Source: Dehalococcoidia bacterium (GTDB lineage: Bacteria; Chloroflexota; Dehalococcoidia; Plut-88900). Taken from it: 64,000 nt of DNA. Below the pieces are notes generated by a model. That model saw nothing but the letters and a program-made list of their open reading frames with translations, made no database searches and was not told the origin of the DNA. This document shows, in pieces, positions 10,355-20,604 of the stretch; positions within the stretch are counted from its first letter, which is position 1, and every line of letters starts with the position of its first letter. Made by a program: the position numbers and the translations under genes. Location of the stretch: assembly GCA_965249275.1 (NCBI GenBank), contig CBDFLQ010000006.1, positions 96,001 to 160,000 of the forward strand. The letters are read 5' to 3'.

Positions 10355-10999
10355 ATGCCAGTTTACTATCCAGCATTTCTCAGCATCGAGGGCCGACCCT
10401 GCCTCGTCGTCGGCGGTGGCCAGATCGCCGAGCGAAAGGTCAAGGGCCTCTTGGAGGCTGGGGGCAAGGTTACCCTGGTAAGTCCCACCGTCACCCCGAG
10501 ACTTCGCCGCCGCATAGACAAGGGTCAGGTCGAGTATTTCAACCGCGAGTTCCAGTCCTCGGACATGTACGGCATATACCTCCTCATCACCGCCACCGAC
10601 GACATGCCCCTCAACCGAGAGATCGGCATCGAAGGACGCAACCTTGGCCTCGTCGTCAACGTCGTCGACGATCCCGACTATTGCGACTTCATAGCCCCCT
10701 CCATCGTCCGCCGCGGCGAGATCACCTTCGCTATCTCTACAGCCGGGGCCAGTCCCGCATTGGCCCGTTGGCTCCGGCGCCAAATCGAGCAACAGTTCCC
10801 ACCCTCATACGCCGGTCTTGCCAAGGTCATGGCCAAGGTGCGTCTCCAGGTTAGAGGCGGAGGCCACGTCGTCAGTGCAACTAGGTGGCAAAAGTCCATA
10901 GATGAGAGTTTCTTAACCCTGGTCAAGCAACGCAGACTCGCCGAGGCCAGGCGTCACCTATTTGCTGCGTTGACCGGCAGTCGGTCCACAGCGAAATGA
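10355..10999 (+). CDS. Precorrin-2 dehydrogenase/sirohydrochlorin ferrochelatase (CysG N-terminal type)
   Basis: YYPAFL, VVGGGQIAERK, VNVVDDPDYCDF, AISTAGASPALA. Confidence 0.9.
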   Translation: MPVYYPAFLSIEGRPCLVVGGGQIAERKVKGLLEAGGKVTLVSPTVTPRLRRRIDKGQVEYFNREFQSSDMYGIYLLITATDDMPLNREIGIEGRNLGLVVNVVDDPDYCDFIAPSIVRRGEITFAISTAGASPALARWLRRQIEQQFPPSYAGLAKVMAKVRLQVRGGGHVVSATRWQKSIDESFLTLVKQRRLAEARRHLFAALTGSRSTAK

Positions 11000-11015
11000 A
11001 CGAGCCGCGACGGTG

Positions 11016-11936
11016 ATGAACACCATAAAGCTGGGTACGCGGGCCAGTGATCTCGCTATGGAGCAGGCCCGAGAAACGTCTCGGGCCCTCACGAGAGCCT
11101 ACCCGAGCCTTAACGTCGAAATCGTCCCCGTCCATGCCCTCGGAGACCATGACAAGGTGTCTCCTATCGCCAAGCTGGGCGCTCGGGGCGTCTTCGTATC
11201 TACATTGGAAGACCGGCTCCTCTCCGGCGAGATCGACTCCGCTGTCCACAGCCTTAAGGACATGCCCACTGATACCGCCGAGGGATTCGTACTCGCCGCA
11301 GTACTGGAACGCCTCGATCCCCGGGACGTCCTGCTCACCTCCAACGGCCGCGGCTTGAAAGAACTGGCCCCCGATTCCCGTGTCGGCACCGGAAGCCCCC
11401 GACGCGCCGTTCAGATCAAGGCCGCTCGCCCCGATATTGAAATCACCGGCATACGCGGCAACATCGACACGCGTATCCGCAAACTCTACAACGGTGACTA
11501 CGATGCCATAGTCCTCGCCGCCGCGGGTCTCATCCGCATGGGTTGGCAGGACCGTATTGCAGAGTACCTCCCAGTTGAGACCTGCCTTCCTTCCATGGGC
11601 CAGGGCGCACTCGCCATCGAGACCCTCGCCACCAACACGGAGGTCACCCAACTCTTCGCTGAAATCGAGCACACCCCCACCCGCCAGGCCGTCGACGCCG
11701 AGCGGTCCTTCTTAAGGCAACTTGGCAGCGGCTGCCTCGCCCCGGTCACCGCTCATGCTACATTGAATGGCGATACATTGGCCTTGTCCGGACTAGTCGG
11801 CCACCCCGAAACTTATCAAATTATGACTGATTCCATAAAAGGAAGCCCTGAAGATCCCGAGGGTCTGGGAATACTTCTCGCCGAAAGGCTCAAGGCCCAA
11901 GGCGCAGAAGCCTTGCTCGCAGGAGTTGTATCTTGA
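11016..11936 (+). CDS. hemC: Hydroxymethylbilane synthase
   Basis: GTRAS, AVHSLKDMP, GTGSPRR, RGNIDTR, LGSGCLAP. Confidence 0.95.
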   Translation: MNTIKLGTRASDLAMEQARETSRALTRAYPSLNVEIVPVHALGDHDKVSPIAKLGARGVFVSTLEDRLLSGEIDSAVHSLKDMPTDTAEGFVLAAVLERLDPRDVLLTSNGRGLKELAPDSRVGTGSPRRAVQIKAARPDIEITGIRGNIDTRIRKLYNGDYDAIVLAAAGLIRMGWQDRIAEYLPVETCLPSMGQGALAIETLATNTEVTQLFAEIEHTPTRQAVDAERSFLRQLGSGCLAPVTAHATLNGDTLALSGLVGHPETYQIMTDSIKGSPEDPEGLGILLAERLKAQGAEALLAGVVS

Positions 11937-13459
11937 GCGGCGTCGGGTTGGTGGCCCTGGTCGGCGCTGGCCCCGGAGACCCGGGCCTCATCACCGTAAA
12001 GGCCTTGGAATACATCAAGCGCGCCGATGTCATCGTCTACGATAGGCTGGTAAACCCTGTCCTCCTGGACCATGCCCCCGAGACCTGTGAACTGGTCTAC
12101 GTGGGCAAAACTCCGAAGCATCACACAAAGACCCAGGACGAGATCAACAACATCCTGGTCGCCCAGGCCAAACAGGGCAAGCTCGTCGTCAGGCTCAAGG
12201 GCGGAGACCCCTTCCTCTTCGGCAGGGGTGGGGAGGAGGCCGAGATCCTCGCCGCCAAAGACCTGCCTTTTGAGGTCATACCCGGCGTTTCCTCCGCAAT
12301 CGCTGCTCCCGCTTACGCCGGCATCCCGGTCACCCACCGAGACCTCTCCTCCTCCGTGGCCGTGGTCACCGGCCACGAGGACCCTGAAAAGTCCCGGGTC
12401 TCCGTTGACTGGGCTGCCCTCGCCCACGGCCCCGATACCCTTGTCATCCTTATGGGCCTCGGCAATCTTCAGTCGATTACCGACTGGCTCATTGAGGCCG
12501 GTAAGGCCCCCAACACTCCTGTCGCACTCATACAGGACGCCACCACTCCCGACCAGAAAACTGTCACCGGCACACTTGCCGATATCGCCCGGAAAGCCAA
12601 TGAAGCGGGCCTCAAACCCCCCGCCGTCGCCGTAATAGGAAACGTGGTAGGCCTCCGAGATCAGATCTCGTGGCACGAGACCCGGCCCCTTTCCAACCGT
12701 CGCATCCTCGTAACCCGTGCCCGCAAGCAGGCCAGCGCCCTATCTTTCAGGCTCGCCACGCTCGGTGCGGAGGTAATCGAGCTTCCCGCTATTGAAATTA
12801 CCCAGTCGTCTGATCACCGGAAAGCCCTTGAAGAGGCGGTCGGCAGTGTGCACGAATACGACTGGGCTATCTTCACCAGCGTGAACGGTGTCTCCCTATT
12901 TTTTGACCGATGGCGCACCCTCGGGGCCCGACCCGACTCCCTGAACGGCTTGAAACTTGCCGCCATCGGCCCCGAGACCGCCAAGGCCATCAAGAGCTAC
13001 GGTTTCCCGGTATCCGTCACCGCCTCTACCTATACCGCCGAAGGACTCCTGGATTCCCTCGCCACCCTGGACATGCAAGGGACCAGAGTCATGCTCCCAA
13101 GAGCCGAGGGTTCCAGGCCCGTGCTTCCCGCAGGGCTGACAAAAATGGGCGCAACTGTGGAGGAGTTCCTTACCTACGGCGCCTCGGGCCCACAGAGAAA
13201 GCCCGAGCAGGCGATCAAACGGCTCCGGGCCGGAGAGGTGGATATCGCCACCTTCGCCAGCTCGTCCACGGTCAAGAACCTTGTTAGTATGCTGGAAGGC
13301 GACGTCGCCCCACTGAAGAACACCTGCGTGGCCTGCATAGGCCCCGTGACCGCTGCAACCGCCGAGGAACTGGGCCTGAATGTCGCTATTGTGGCCCGTG
13401 AACACACCATACCCGGTCTCGTAGACGCTATACTTGAGGGCAAAGGAGGTCTGACATGA
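11933..13459 (+). CDS. cobA: Uroporphyrinogen-III C-methyltransferase/synthase fusion (CobA-HemD)
   Basis: VGAGPGDPGLIT, RLKGGDP, then HemD domain ILVTRA, FTSVNGV, FASSSTV, IGPVTA. Confidence 0.93.
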   Translation: MSGVGLVALVGAGPGDPGLITVKALEYIKRADVIVYDRLVNPVLLDHAPETCELVYVGKTPKHHTKTQDEINNILVAQAKQGKLVVRLKGGDPFLFGRGGEEAEILAAKDLPFEVIPGVSSAIAAPAYAGIPVTHRDLSSSVAVVTGHEDPEKSRVSVDWAALAHGPDTLVILMGLGNLQSITDWLIEAGKAPNTPVALIQDATTPDQKTVTGTLADIARKANEAGLKPPAVAVIGNVVGLRDQISWHETRPLSNRRILVTRARKQASALSFRLATLGAEVIELPAIEITQSSDHRKALEEAVGSVHEYDWAIFTSVNGVSLFFDRWRTLGARPDSLNGLKLAAIGPETAKAIKSYGFPVSVTASTYTAEGLLDSLATLDMQGTRVMLPRAEGSRPVLPAGLTKMGATVEEFLTYGASGPQRKPEQAIKRLRAGEVDIATFASSSTVKNLVSMLEGDVAPLKNTCVACIGPVTAATAEELGLNVAIVAREHTIPGLVDAILEGKGGLT

Positions 13460-14475
13460 CCAGTTTGCTTGAGCAGATGGTACCAACTCAGGGTTCTGGA
13501 TTCCCCATTCAGAGGCTCCGACGTTTACGCCGAACCCAGGCTATGCGGGACCTGATCAAGGAAACTACCCTGAGTCCCAGCGACTTCATTTACCCTATGT
13601 TCGTCACCCAGGACTCGGGCCAAAAGCGTGAAGTCCCCTCCATGCCTGGTGTCTACCAGATGTCCCCCGACATCGCCGCTAAGGAGACGGAGGAAGTTGC
13701 GGCGCTCGGTATAAAGGCAGTGCTCCTTTTCGGCCTGCCCAACGAAAAAGACTCCGTCGGCACTGGGGCCTACGACCCCAACGGAGTTATTCAAGAAGCG
13801 GTCGCCAGCATAAAAAACGCCTCCCCCGACACCCTCGTCATCACTGATGTCTGCCTCTGCGAATACACCGACCACGGCCACTGCGGCGTCATCGTCGACG
13901 AATACGTCGACAACGACCGGACACTGGAACTCTTGAGCAGTACGGCCCTCTCCCACGCCGAGGCCGGCGCCGACATCGTCGCTCCTTCCAACATGATGGA
14001 CGGCGCCGTCGCCTCCATCCGGGACATCCTCAACAGAAACGACCTCGACCTCACTCCCATCATGGCCTACTCGGCCAAGTACGCCTCCTCCTTCTACGGG
14101 CCCTTCAGGGACGCCGCGAACTCCACTCCCTCCTTCGGAGACCGTAAGTCCTATCAAATGGACCCCCGAAACTCTCGAGAGGCCCTTGTGGAGATAGATT
14201 TGGACATCCAGGAAGGCGCCGATATAATCATGGTCAAGCCCGCGCTGGCCTTTCTGGACGTAATATCCAAGGCCCGAGGAGCCTTCCGCCAACCCCTCGG
14301 GGCCTACAACGTCAGCGGCGAATACGCTATGGTCAAGGCCGCGGGCCGCAACGGCTGGCTCGACGAGAAGAAAGTCACCATGGAAATCCTGACCGGCATC
14401 AAACGGGCGGGCGCCGACCTCATCCTTAGCTACCACGCCAAAGAGGTCTCTCGCTGGCTTAGGGAACAGGAGTAG
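13456..14475 (+). CDS. hemB: Porphobilinogen synthase
   Basis: RLRRLR, DVCLCEYTDHGHCG, SAKYASSFYGPFRDA, MVKP, YNVSGEY. Confidence 0.97.
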   Translation: MTSLLEQMVPTQGSGFPIQRLRRLRRTQAMRDLIKETTLSPSDFIYPMFVTQDSGQKREVPSMPGVYQMSPDIAAKETEEVAALGIKAVLLFGLPNEKDSVGTGAYDPNGVIQEAVASIKNASPDTLVITDVCLCEYTDHGHCGVIVDEYVDNDRTLELLSSTALSHAEAGADIVAPSNMMDGAVASIRDILNRNDLDLTPIMAYSAKYASSFYGPFRDAANSTPSFGDRKSYQMDPRNSREALVEIDLDIQEGADIIMVKPALAFLDVISKARGAFRQPLGAYNVSGEYAMVKAAGRNGWLDEKKVTMEILTGIKRAGADLILSYHAKEVSRWLREQE

Positions 14476-14484
14476 TCACACCCA

Positions 14485-15066
14485 ATGAGTTTCGTATCCC
14501 TGGCCCTGAAGGAATGGGCAGTCATCACCCGGGCCTTGGCCCGCGGTGAACAATTCCTTGTCCTCCGCAAGGGCGGCATCCGTGAACAGCAAAAGCGTTT
14601 CGTCCTGGAGGGCACCCGATTCCTCCTATATCCCACCTACGAGCACCAGAGCGCCGATCTCCTCAAGCCCCAGTGGCACGACTCCCTCGCCCAAACCTTG
14701 ACCCAAGCCCCGTCACCCGACACCGTTATCATCGATACCCTCGCCGAGGTCGTAGAAATACTAGAAATCACCGAGCCTGAACGCGTAACCGCACTCACCG
14801 ACTTCTACATCTGCACTGACGACTACGCTCAATATCGGCTCAAGTGGCGACCCAAGCACGCCCTGTCGATCATCCTTCTCCGGGCAATGAAGCTGAAGCG
14901 CCCTCAGGCCATCCCGGTTCTGCCTCGATATGGCGGTTGCACCTCCTGGGTGGAGCTTGAAGAGCCTGTCAACGTTACCGGAGCCAGCGCCGTAGTGCCC
15001 GACGAAACCCTCCGCTCCGAAATCATCCGCATAAAGGAGGCCGTGGGCACGGTAGTCCCAGTATGA
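14485..15066 (+). CDS. DUF1802 family protein
   Basis: ALKEWAV...LRKGGIRE, FLLYPTYEHQ, YGGCTSWV. Confidence 0.8.
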   Translation: MSFVSLALKEWAVITRALARGEQFLVLRKGGIREQQKRFVLEGTRFLLYPTYEHQSADLLKPQWHDSLAQTLTQAPSPDTVIIDTLAEVVEILEITEPERVTALTDFYICTDDYAQYRLKWRPKHALSIILLRAMKLKRPQAIPVLPRYGGCTSWVELEEPVNVTGASAVVPDETLRSEIIRIKEAVGTVVPV

Positions 15067-16058
15067 AATACCGTACGATACCCAACACCGACCTATCTGT
15101 ATCCGAGACCGGTTTCGGCACCTGGACCCTGGTCAGTAACTGGTGGGGCAACGTCAGCGAAGAGGATTCCGTCAAACTCATCCACAAAGCCCTCGACCTT
15201 GGCATCAACCTCTTCGATACCGCCGACCAGTACAGCTCCGGTGCTAACGAGGAAGTCGTAGCCAAGGCCCTCAAGGGCCAGCGCAACGACGTCGTTCTTT
15301 GCACCAAGGTCGGCTACGACTTCTATACTTTCACCGCCCGCATCCGACACAAGGAGAAACCGCAGAACTTCGAGCCTCAGTTCATCAGAGATGCCTGCGA
15401 AAAGAGCCTTCAACGTCTTCAGACCGACTGGATAGACGTCTACCAGCTCCACAACCCCCGTATAAATGTCATTGAGCGGGACGACGTTTTCGAAACCCTG
15501 GAAGACTTGAAGAAAGAAGGCAAGATTCGCCACTATGGCGTGGGCCTCGGCCCCGACATCGGCTGGTTCGAAGAGGGCCAGGCCACCATGCAGGAGCGAT
15601 CTGTCTCCACCCTACAAATCATCTACAGCATCCTCGAGCAGGACCCGGCCCAGGACTTCTTCCCCATAGCCAAGGATTGCGGCACGGGCCTTTTCGTGCG
15701 CGTGCCCCACGCCAGCGGGTTGTTGGATGGCACCGTCAACCGGGACACCGTATTCCCGGAGACCGACCACCGCAGTTACCGCAAGCGTGAGTGGCTCGAC
15801 GAAAGCATGCTCAAAGTCGATCAGATCGGCTTCCTCACCGAGGACACAGGCCTGACCATAGGCCAGGCGGCCATCAAATTCTCCCTCGGTCAGGACACCG
15901 TATCCTCCGTCCTGATCACAGTAACCGACCCCGTTCAGCTCGAAGAGTTCGCCAACGCCCCGGACCTTCCCGACCTTCCCCAGGAATACCTTGACCGAGT
16001 TTACGAGCTATATCGAAATAACTTTGGCATAACGCCGGCTCCCACCGCCGCAAGTTAA
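15063..16058 (+). CDS. Aldo/keto reductase
   Basis: GINLFDTADQY, TKVG, SLQRLQTDWIDVYQLH. Confidence 0.92.
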   Translation: MKYRTIPNTDLSVSETGFGTWTLVSNWWGNVSEEDSVKLIHKALDLGINLFDTADQYSSGANEEVVAKALKGQRNDVVLCTKVGYDFYTFTARIRHKEKPQNFEPQFIRDACEKSLQRLQTDWIDVYQLHNPRINVIERDDVFETLEDLKKEGKIRHYGVGLGPDIGWFEEGQATMQERSVSTLQIIYSILEQDPAQDFFPIAKDCGTGLFVRVPHASGLLDGTVNRDTVFPETDHRSYRKREWLDESMLKVDQIGFLTEDTGLTIGQAAIKFSLGQDTVSSVLITVTDPVQLEEFANAPDLPDLPQEYLDRVYELYRNNFGITPAPTAAS

Positions 16059-16095
16059 CCCAAACCCGGCCCAAATCGACTTACCAGGAGCAAGA

Positions 16096-17097
16096 ATGGT
16101 CGCCAAGACTGCCACGGAACTCACTACAACCCAGAAGGAGCTTCTAAACACCCTGCAGTGGGACTTTCCTCTGGTAGAAGAGCCATTCTCCGCGATTGGC
16201 GCGAAGCATGGCTTGACTGAGGAAGAGGTAATCGGTCAAATCGCCACGCTCAAGGACGAGGCCATAATCAGGGAGCTAAACGCCATATTCGACACCCGGA
16301 GGCTGGGTTACAAGAGCTCCCTCGTAGCCGTCCGTGCCCCCGAGGACCGCATCGACGACGTAGCAGCCGTAATCAGCGAACACCCCGGAGTCAGCCACAA
16401 CTACAAGCGCGACCACTATTTCAACATCTGGTTCACCCTCGCCGTACCGCCGGAAAGCGACCTGGAATCGGAGCTCGACTCCCTTGCCACCCGCGCCGGC
16501 GCAGAGAAGTACCGCCTGCTGCCCACCAAGCACCTGTTTAAGATCGGTGTGAAGCTGGACATGACCAAGGATGAGGTAAAGCTGGAACCCGAGAAGCGCG
16601 CAGCCAAAAAGACTAGGCCGACCGCTGGGCCCTTAACCGACGAAGACCGGGCCTTCGTTCGGGAACTTCAGGAAGACGTCCCCTTGGTCCCGCGCCCCTT
16701 TGACGGCATGGCCAAAAGGCTGGGTATGACGGTTCCTGCGCTGTTGGAGAAAATCCAGTGGTTTCAGGATGTGGGACTAATGCGCCGGTTCGCCGCAGTG
16801 CTCAGGCACCAGAACGCCGGCTTCACTTCCAACGGTATGGTCTGCTGGAAAGTGCCGGAAGAGCAGATCAGGAGCGTGGGGGAGATTGCGGCTTCATTCC
16901 CTCAAGTGAGCCACTGCTACCAGAGGCCCACCTACCCCGACTGGCCCTACAGCCTCTTCAGCATGGTTCACTCGCGGTCCGACGATAAGTGCCGCAAGAT
17001 TGCTGAGCAGATATCTGAAAAGACCGGTATAACCGAGTACGAGATCCTGTTCAGCACCAAGGAATACAAGAAGGAGCGGGTCAGGTATTTCGTTTAA
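16096..17097 (+). CDS. ahbAB: Fused siroheme decarboxylase AhbA/AhbB (NirDL-like)
   Basis: Two Lrp/AsnC-like halves: GVSHNYKR and VSHCYQRPTYPDWPYSLFSMVH. Confidence 0.88.
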   Translation: MVAKTATELTTTQKELLNTLQWDFPLVEEPFSAIGAKHGLTEEEVIGQIATLKDEAIIRELNAIFDTRRLGYKSSLVAVRAPEDRIDDVAAVISEHPGVSHNYKRDHYFNIWFTLAVPPESDLESELDSLATRAGAEKYRLLPTKHLFKIGVKLDMTKDEVKLEPEKRAAKKTRPTAGPLTDEDRAFVRELQEDVPLVPRPFDGMAKRLGMTVPALLEKIQWFQDVGLMRRFAAVLRHQNAGFTSNGMVCWKVPEEQIRSVGEIAASFPQVSHCYQRPTYPDWPYSLFSMVHSRSDDKCRKIAEQISEKTGITEYEILFSTKEYKKERVRYFV

Positions 17098-17130
17098 CCC
17101 GTACCCGCGCCTGACTGATTCAGAGGGTCA

Positions 17131-17156
17131 TCCCAAGGGGGCTAGCCGCCTTGGGA
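17131..17156. terminator. Hairpin between convergent genes
   Basis: TCCCAAGG...CCTTGGGA. Confidence 0.55.
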
Positions 17157-17179
17157 CCGTGCTTAAAGGGACAGCGCCG

Positions 17180-17284
17180 CTAGTCGGCCTCCGCGTCCTT
17201 GCTGCCCATTCGGCCCCTCAGTATCTTGGCTGCAGCGCCTATCACTGCGGCAACCAGCGCAACCAATATAAACTTTTTCTTCAT
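17180..17284 (-). CDS. Small 34-aa putative membrane peptide
   Basis: MKKKFILVALVAAVIGAAAKILRGRMGSKDAEAD*, with GAGGTG RBS upstream. Confidence 0.6.
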   Translation of the reverse strand: MKKKFILVALVAAVIGAAAKILRGRMGSKDAEAD

Positions 17285-17565
17285 CTTGTACACCTCTTAC
17301 CCGGGACTCGAGGATCGGAGAAATTCACGACCCTCTCTATAAATTATATTGATTTGCGCTTCCCTTTAGCAAGTAGTCACTTAGGAGCGTCTGCCAACCC
17401 TATCCCCGAGGCCGTTAACTAATGCACAGAAACCTTCCGAACGCCTCGCTTTAATCGGATATTCGTATAAACGGTTGCCCAAGGAGGTCGGGCGAGGCTA
17501 CCATATACCCTGAATGATCTCCCTCTTAGACCTCGCATAATTCCCAAGCAAGATACGGAGTAAAC

Positions 17566-18264
17566 ATGTCCGCCCAATTGACGCCAACCCAACTCCAGAC
17601 CCTCCGAACCATCACCTCTCCCACAATTGCCAACGCCATTGAGACTTTCGATATCCAATCCAGAAGCATCGGCTTCATGGGCCCCGAGATCAAGTGCATC
17701 CTCCCGAGCCTAGGAAACATGGCCGCCTACGCCTGCACAGCAGTCCTCAGCGCCCGCGCCCCGGCCTTCAAAGGACAGGGGCCAACAGCCCGAGACCTCT
17801 GGGAGCACGCCCTGAGCATCCCGGAGCCCCGTGTTGTAGTCATCAAGGACCTGGACTACCCCAACACTATTGGCTCCTTCTGGGGCGAAGTCAACGGCAA
17901 CGTCCACAAGGCATTGGGGTGCGTGGGCACGGTTACCGACGGTGGAGTGCGCGACTTGGACGAAGTCGAGGAGCTAGGCTTCCACTTCTTCGCTTCTGAG
18001 GTACTGGTCTCCCACGCCTACGTCCACTTGGAAGCCGTGGGCTGTCCCGTCACCGTCGGAGGAGTGGAGGTCCGACCCGGCGACCTGATTCACGGTGACA
18101 AGCACGGGGTCATCAGCATCCCCTCTGAGATCGCCGCCCGTGTCGCCGAGGCCTCTCAACAGATGGAAGACTGGGAGCGCCCTGTCATTGAGTATTGCAA
18201 GTCCCCCGACTTCAACATAGACAAGCTGCAGGAGCTTATGTCGAGGCCCCGTCCCTCCAACTAG
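17566..18264 (+). CDS. RraA/HMG aldolase family protein
   Basis: FWGEVN, VTDGGVRD, VRPGDLIHGDKHGV. Confidence 0.9.
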   Translation: MSAQLTPTQLQTLRTITSPTIANAIETFDIQSRSIGFMGPEIKCILPSLGNMAAYACTAVLSARAPAFKGQGPTARDLWEHALSIPEPRVVVIKDLDYPNTIGSFWGEVNGNVHKALGCVGTVTDGGVRDLDEVEELGFHFFASEVLVSHAYVHLEAVGCPVTVGGVEVRPGDLIHGDKHGVISIPSEIAARVAEASQQMEDWERPVIEYCKSPDFNIDKLQELMSRPRPSN

Positions 18265-19098
18265 CTACAACCCCGACCTGTTGGCCTCCGACTGCCGCTG
18301 CGCTGCGATCAGGCACTCCTGGTACGCCGCTTCCACTCCTCGCCTTTCGAGCGCCTTTATGCCTGCAAAAGTCATGTTGTTCGGCACCCGGGCGTAGTCC
18401 AACAGCTTCTCCAGCCCTTCGGGTGTACAGTCCTCGTCGTCTAACACCCTGGAAGTGCATCTAAGCGTGGCAAGCGACACTGCCTGAGCGTCCGCCACCG
18501 ACAACCCCGCCTCCCGACCATAGGCCACCATCGCCTTTATGACTGGAAACAGAAAGAACTGGCTGCACGCCTGCAACACCGTAAACGCGTCCAGCCCCCC
18601 GTCCTCGACTACCATGATTTCGTTGCCGAACCTGCCCCAATATTCCTTCAGAGCCTCAACGTGTTTCGCCGGCGTCCCAGGCTCGAAGGTCATGGCGATA
18701 TAGCCCTCTCCACTCCCCATGAAGACCGGGGTAAACACCCATGCCAGGGTACAAGGGGACTTGAGAAACTGCCGGTACCACGTTAGGGGAATCGACGCTG
18801 CACCAGTCGCTACGATTTGATCCTCACCAATCACCGGCCCGACCTCCTCCATCAGTGCGGCCATCTGTTCCGGCCTCACCAGGGGAATGATCATGTCCGC
18901 ACCCTCGCAAGCCTCCCGGTTGGAAGCCAGCACCCTGATTCCGAACCGCTCAGATACTTCCGCCCGACGCTCCACCCGCCTGTGCGTCGCGACTACCTCC
19001 ACTCCTCCCGCCTTCTCTTCATCCGAGGCCATGACCTCCAAAAGCAATTCTGAGTATCGACCCGCGCCCAGTATCGCAATTCTCTTTATTCTTCCCAT
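18265..19098 (-). CDS. Divergent pyrroline-5-carboxylate reductase-like NAD(P)-binding protein
   Basis: IAILGAGR Rossmann start, SNREACEGAD...VRP, ProC-like helical C-terminus. Confidence 0.65.
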   Translation of the reverse strand: MGRIKRIAILGAGRYSELLLEVMASDEEKAGGVEVVATHRRVERRAEVSERFGIRVLASNREACEGADMIIPLVRPEQMAALMEEVGPVIGEDQIVATGAASIPLTWYRQFLKSPCTLAWVFTPVFMGSGEGYIAMTFEPGTPAKHVEALKEYWGRFGNEIMVVEDGGLDAFTVLQACSQFFLFPVIKAMVAYGREAGLSVADAQAVSLATLRCTSRVLDDEDCTPEGLEKLLDYARVPNNMTFAGIKALERRGVEAAYQECLIAAQRQSEANRSGL

Positions 19099-19118
19099 CG
19101 CTCTCCTAAAGCCCTATC

Positions 19119-19267
19119 GAGGGATTTGTATAACAGTTGCTCCCGCTCCCGAGTCGGATCCATCCTCACGGGCGGGGCATTCCGCTCGCCCTGAGCCGAG
19201 TCGAAGGGTCTCAAGAGTGGAATGGGCGGGGTGGCTCAGACCTGATCTGGAGTTATACAAAGGCTCC
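19119..19267. mobile_element. Probable MITE containing a REP family D copy
   Basis: Inverted ends GAGGGATTTGTATAAC and GTTATACAAAGGCTCC (10-bp perfect core); internal GCTCGCCCTGAGCCGAGTCGAAGGGTC. Confidence 0.55.
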
Positions 19268-20359
19268 TTATCCGGCATCAACCGCAGCCAACTTAGGAGT
19301 TGGAAACTCGATACCAAACTCCTCGGAATAGGCCCGTAACGCCTCCACAACTTCCGTATGAAGAGGCACCCCATCCCGAAGACGCGTCAACCGAACCTCG
19401 TGCTCCTTCTGTCCTGGAATCAGCACTGGTTGGTCAGGCTCGACCCGTGGCGTCGACCTCAGGTCCCGTATCATCTCGTCCATCATTGACTTGAACTCCG
19501 CTACAGGCCGGAAACCGTCCACCCGGAACGCCCCTAAAAAGTGCCCGACCACCCGTTTCTCCCTCGACATCGTAGCCCCAAACCCCACCCCCGTCAGCAC
19601 CCCGGCAAGAATGTCCACCAGCATGCCCAGCCCGAAACCCTTGTAACTGCTCAGCTCCGGCATTGAGCCCAGGGGCACCAGAGCGCCCCCATTCCAGTAG
19701 TCGTTGGGGTCCGTCGTGTCCCGGCCCTCCGAGTCCACAGCCCACCCCACTGGTATCGGTTCTGACTTTCTCCTCGCGAGCTCCAGCTTCCCGACAGCCA
19801 CCGCACTGGTAGCCATATCCAACACGTAAGGGGGCTCCTCTCCTGCGGGGATTGCATAGCTCATCGCATTCGTCCCGATTTTCCGTTTCGCTCCGAATGT
19901 AGGCAGCACTGCCGGAGACGCCTGGGTCATCGAGATTCCGATCATGTCATGGGGTAACGCCATCTCCGCATAGTATCCCGCCGATCCATAGTGTCGGCTG
20001 TTCGAGACCCCCACCAGCCCCACCCCCGTGGCCCGCGCCTTCTGAATCGCCATCTCCATCGCACGGTGACCCACCACCGGCCCTAACCCACCGTCCCCAT
20101 CGACCATCGCTATCGTCGAGCTGCCGCTAATCGTCTTCAGTTTGGGCCGCGGGTTAACATTTCCGTTCCTCAGCCCTTTTACGTAGGACTGATGCGCTGA
20201 GAGATGAGCAACACCGTGGGAGTCGATCCCTCGCAGGTCGGCATATAACAGGACGTCTGCGCCGATGTCGGCCTCTTCCCCCCTCATCCCACACCCCTCC
20301 AAAATCAAGCTGGCCAGCCGATGCAGTTCACCGGCGTCAAAATAGGTGTATTCGTTCAT
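19268..20359 (-). CDS. Ldh_2 family oxidoreductase (malate/sulfolactate/ureidoglycolate dehydrogenase-like)
   Basis: ADLRGIDSHG, NSRHYG, GTNA, LDMATS, YKGFGL, IPG. Confidence 0.9.
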   Translation of the reverse strand: MNEYTYFDAGELHRLASLILEGCGMRGEEADIGADVLLYADLRGIDSHGVAHLSAHQSYVKGLRNGNVNPRPKLKTISGSSTIAMVDGDGGLGPVVGHRAMEMAIQKARATGVGLVGVSNSRHYGSAGYYAEMALPHDMIGISMTQASPAVLPTFGAKRKIGTNAMSYAIPAGEEPPYVLDMATSAVAVGKLELARRKSEPIPVGWAVDSEGRDTTDPNDYWNGGALVPLGSMPELSSYKGFGLGMLVDILAGVLTGVGFGATMSREKRVVGHFLGAFRVDGFRPVAEFKSMMDEMIRDLRSTPRVEPDQPVLIPGQKEHEVRLTRLRDGVPLHTEVVEALRAYSEEFGIEFPTPKLAAVDAG

Positions 20360-20604
20360 CTTTTACCTCAAGTTTCGGACCGTCGGCATTCTACCCCTTT
20401 GGCTGAACCCTTGTGTAGAAGGGCCCGATCACTGTAGTGGAGCTTGTCTTGCTTACACTTTCCCTCACCCCTTATGCAGCACGGCCTTGCACCTTGAATA
20501 GCCCCCGACAGCCGGGGGCTGGTATACTGAGATGCGTAGCCCACTCGAGCCCCTGCCCGGCATTCCTTGGATCCTCCCCTCCTCAACACTGATAGGAAAC
20601 CTCA

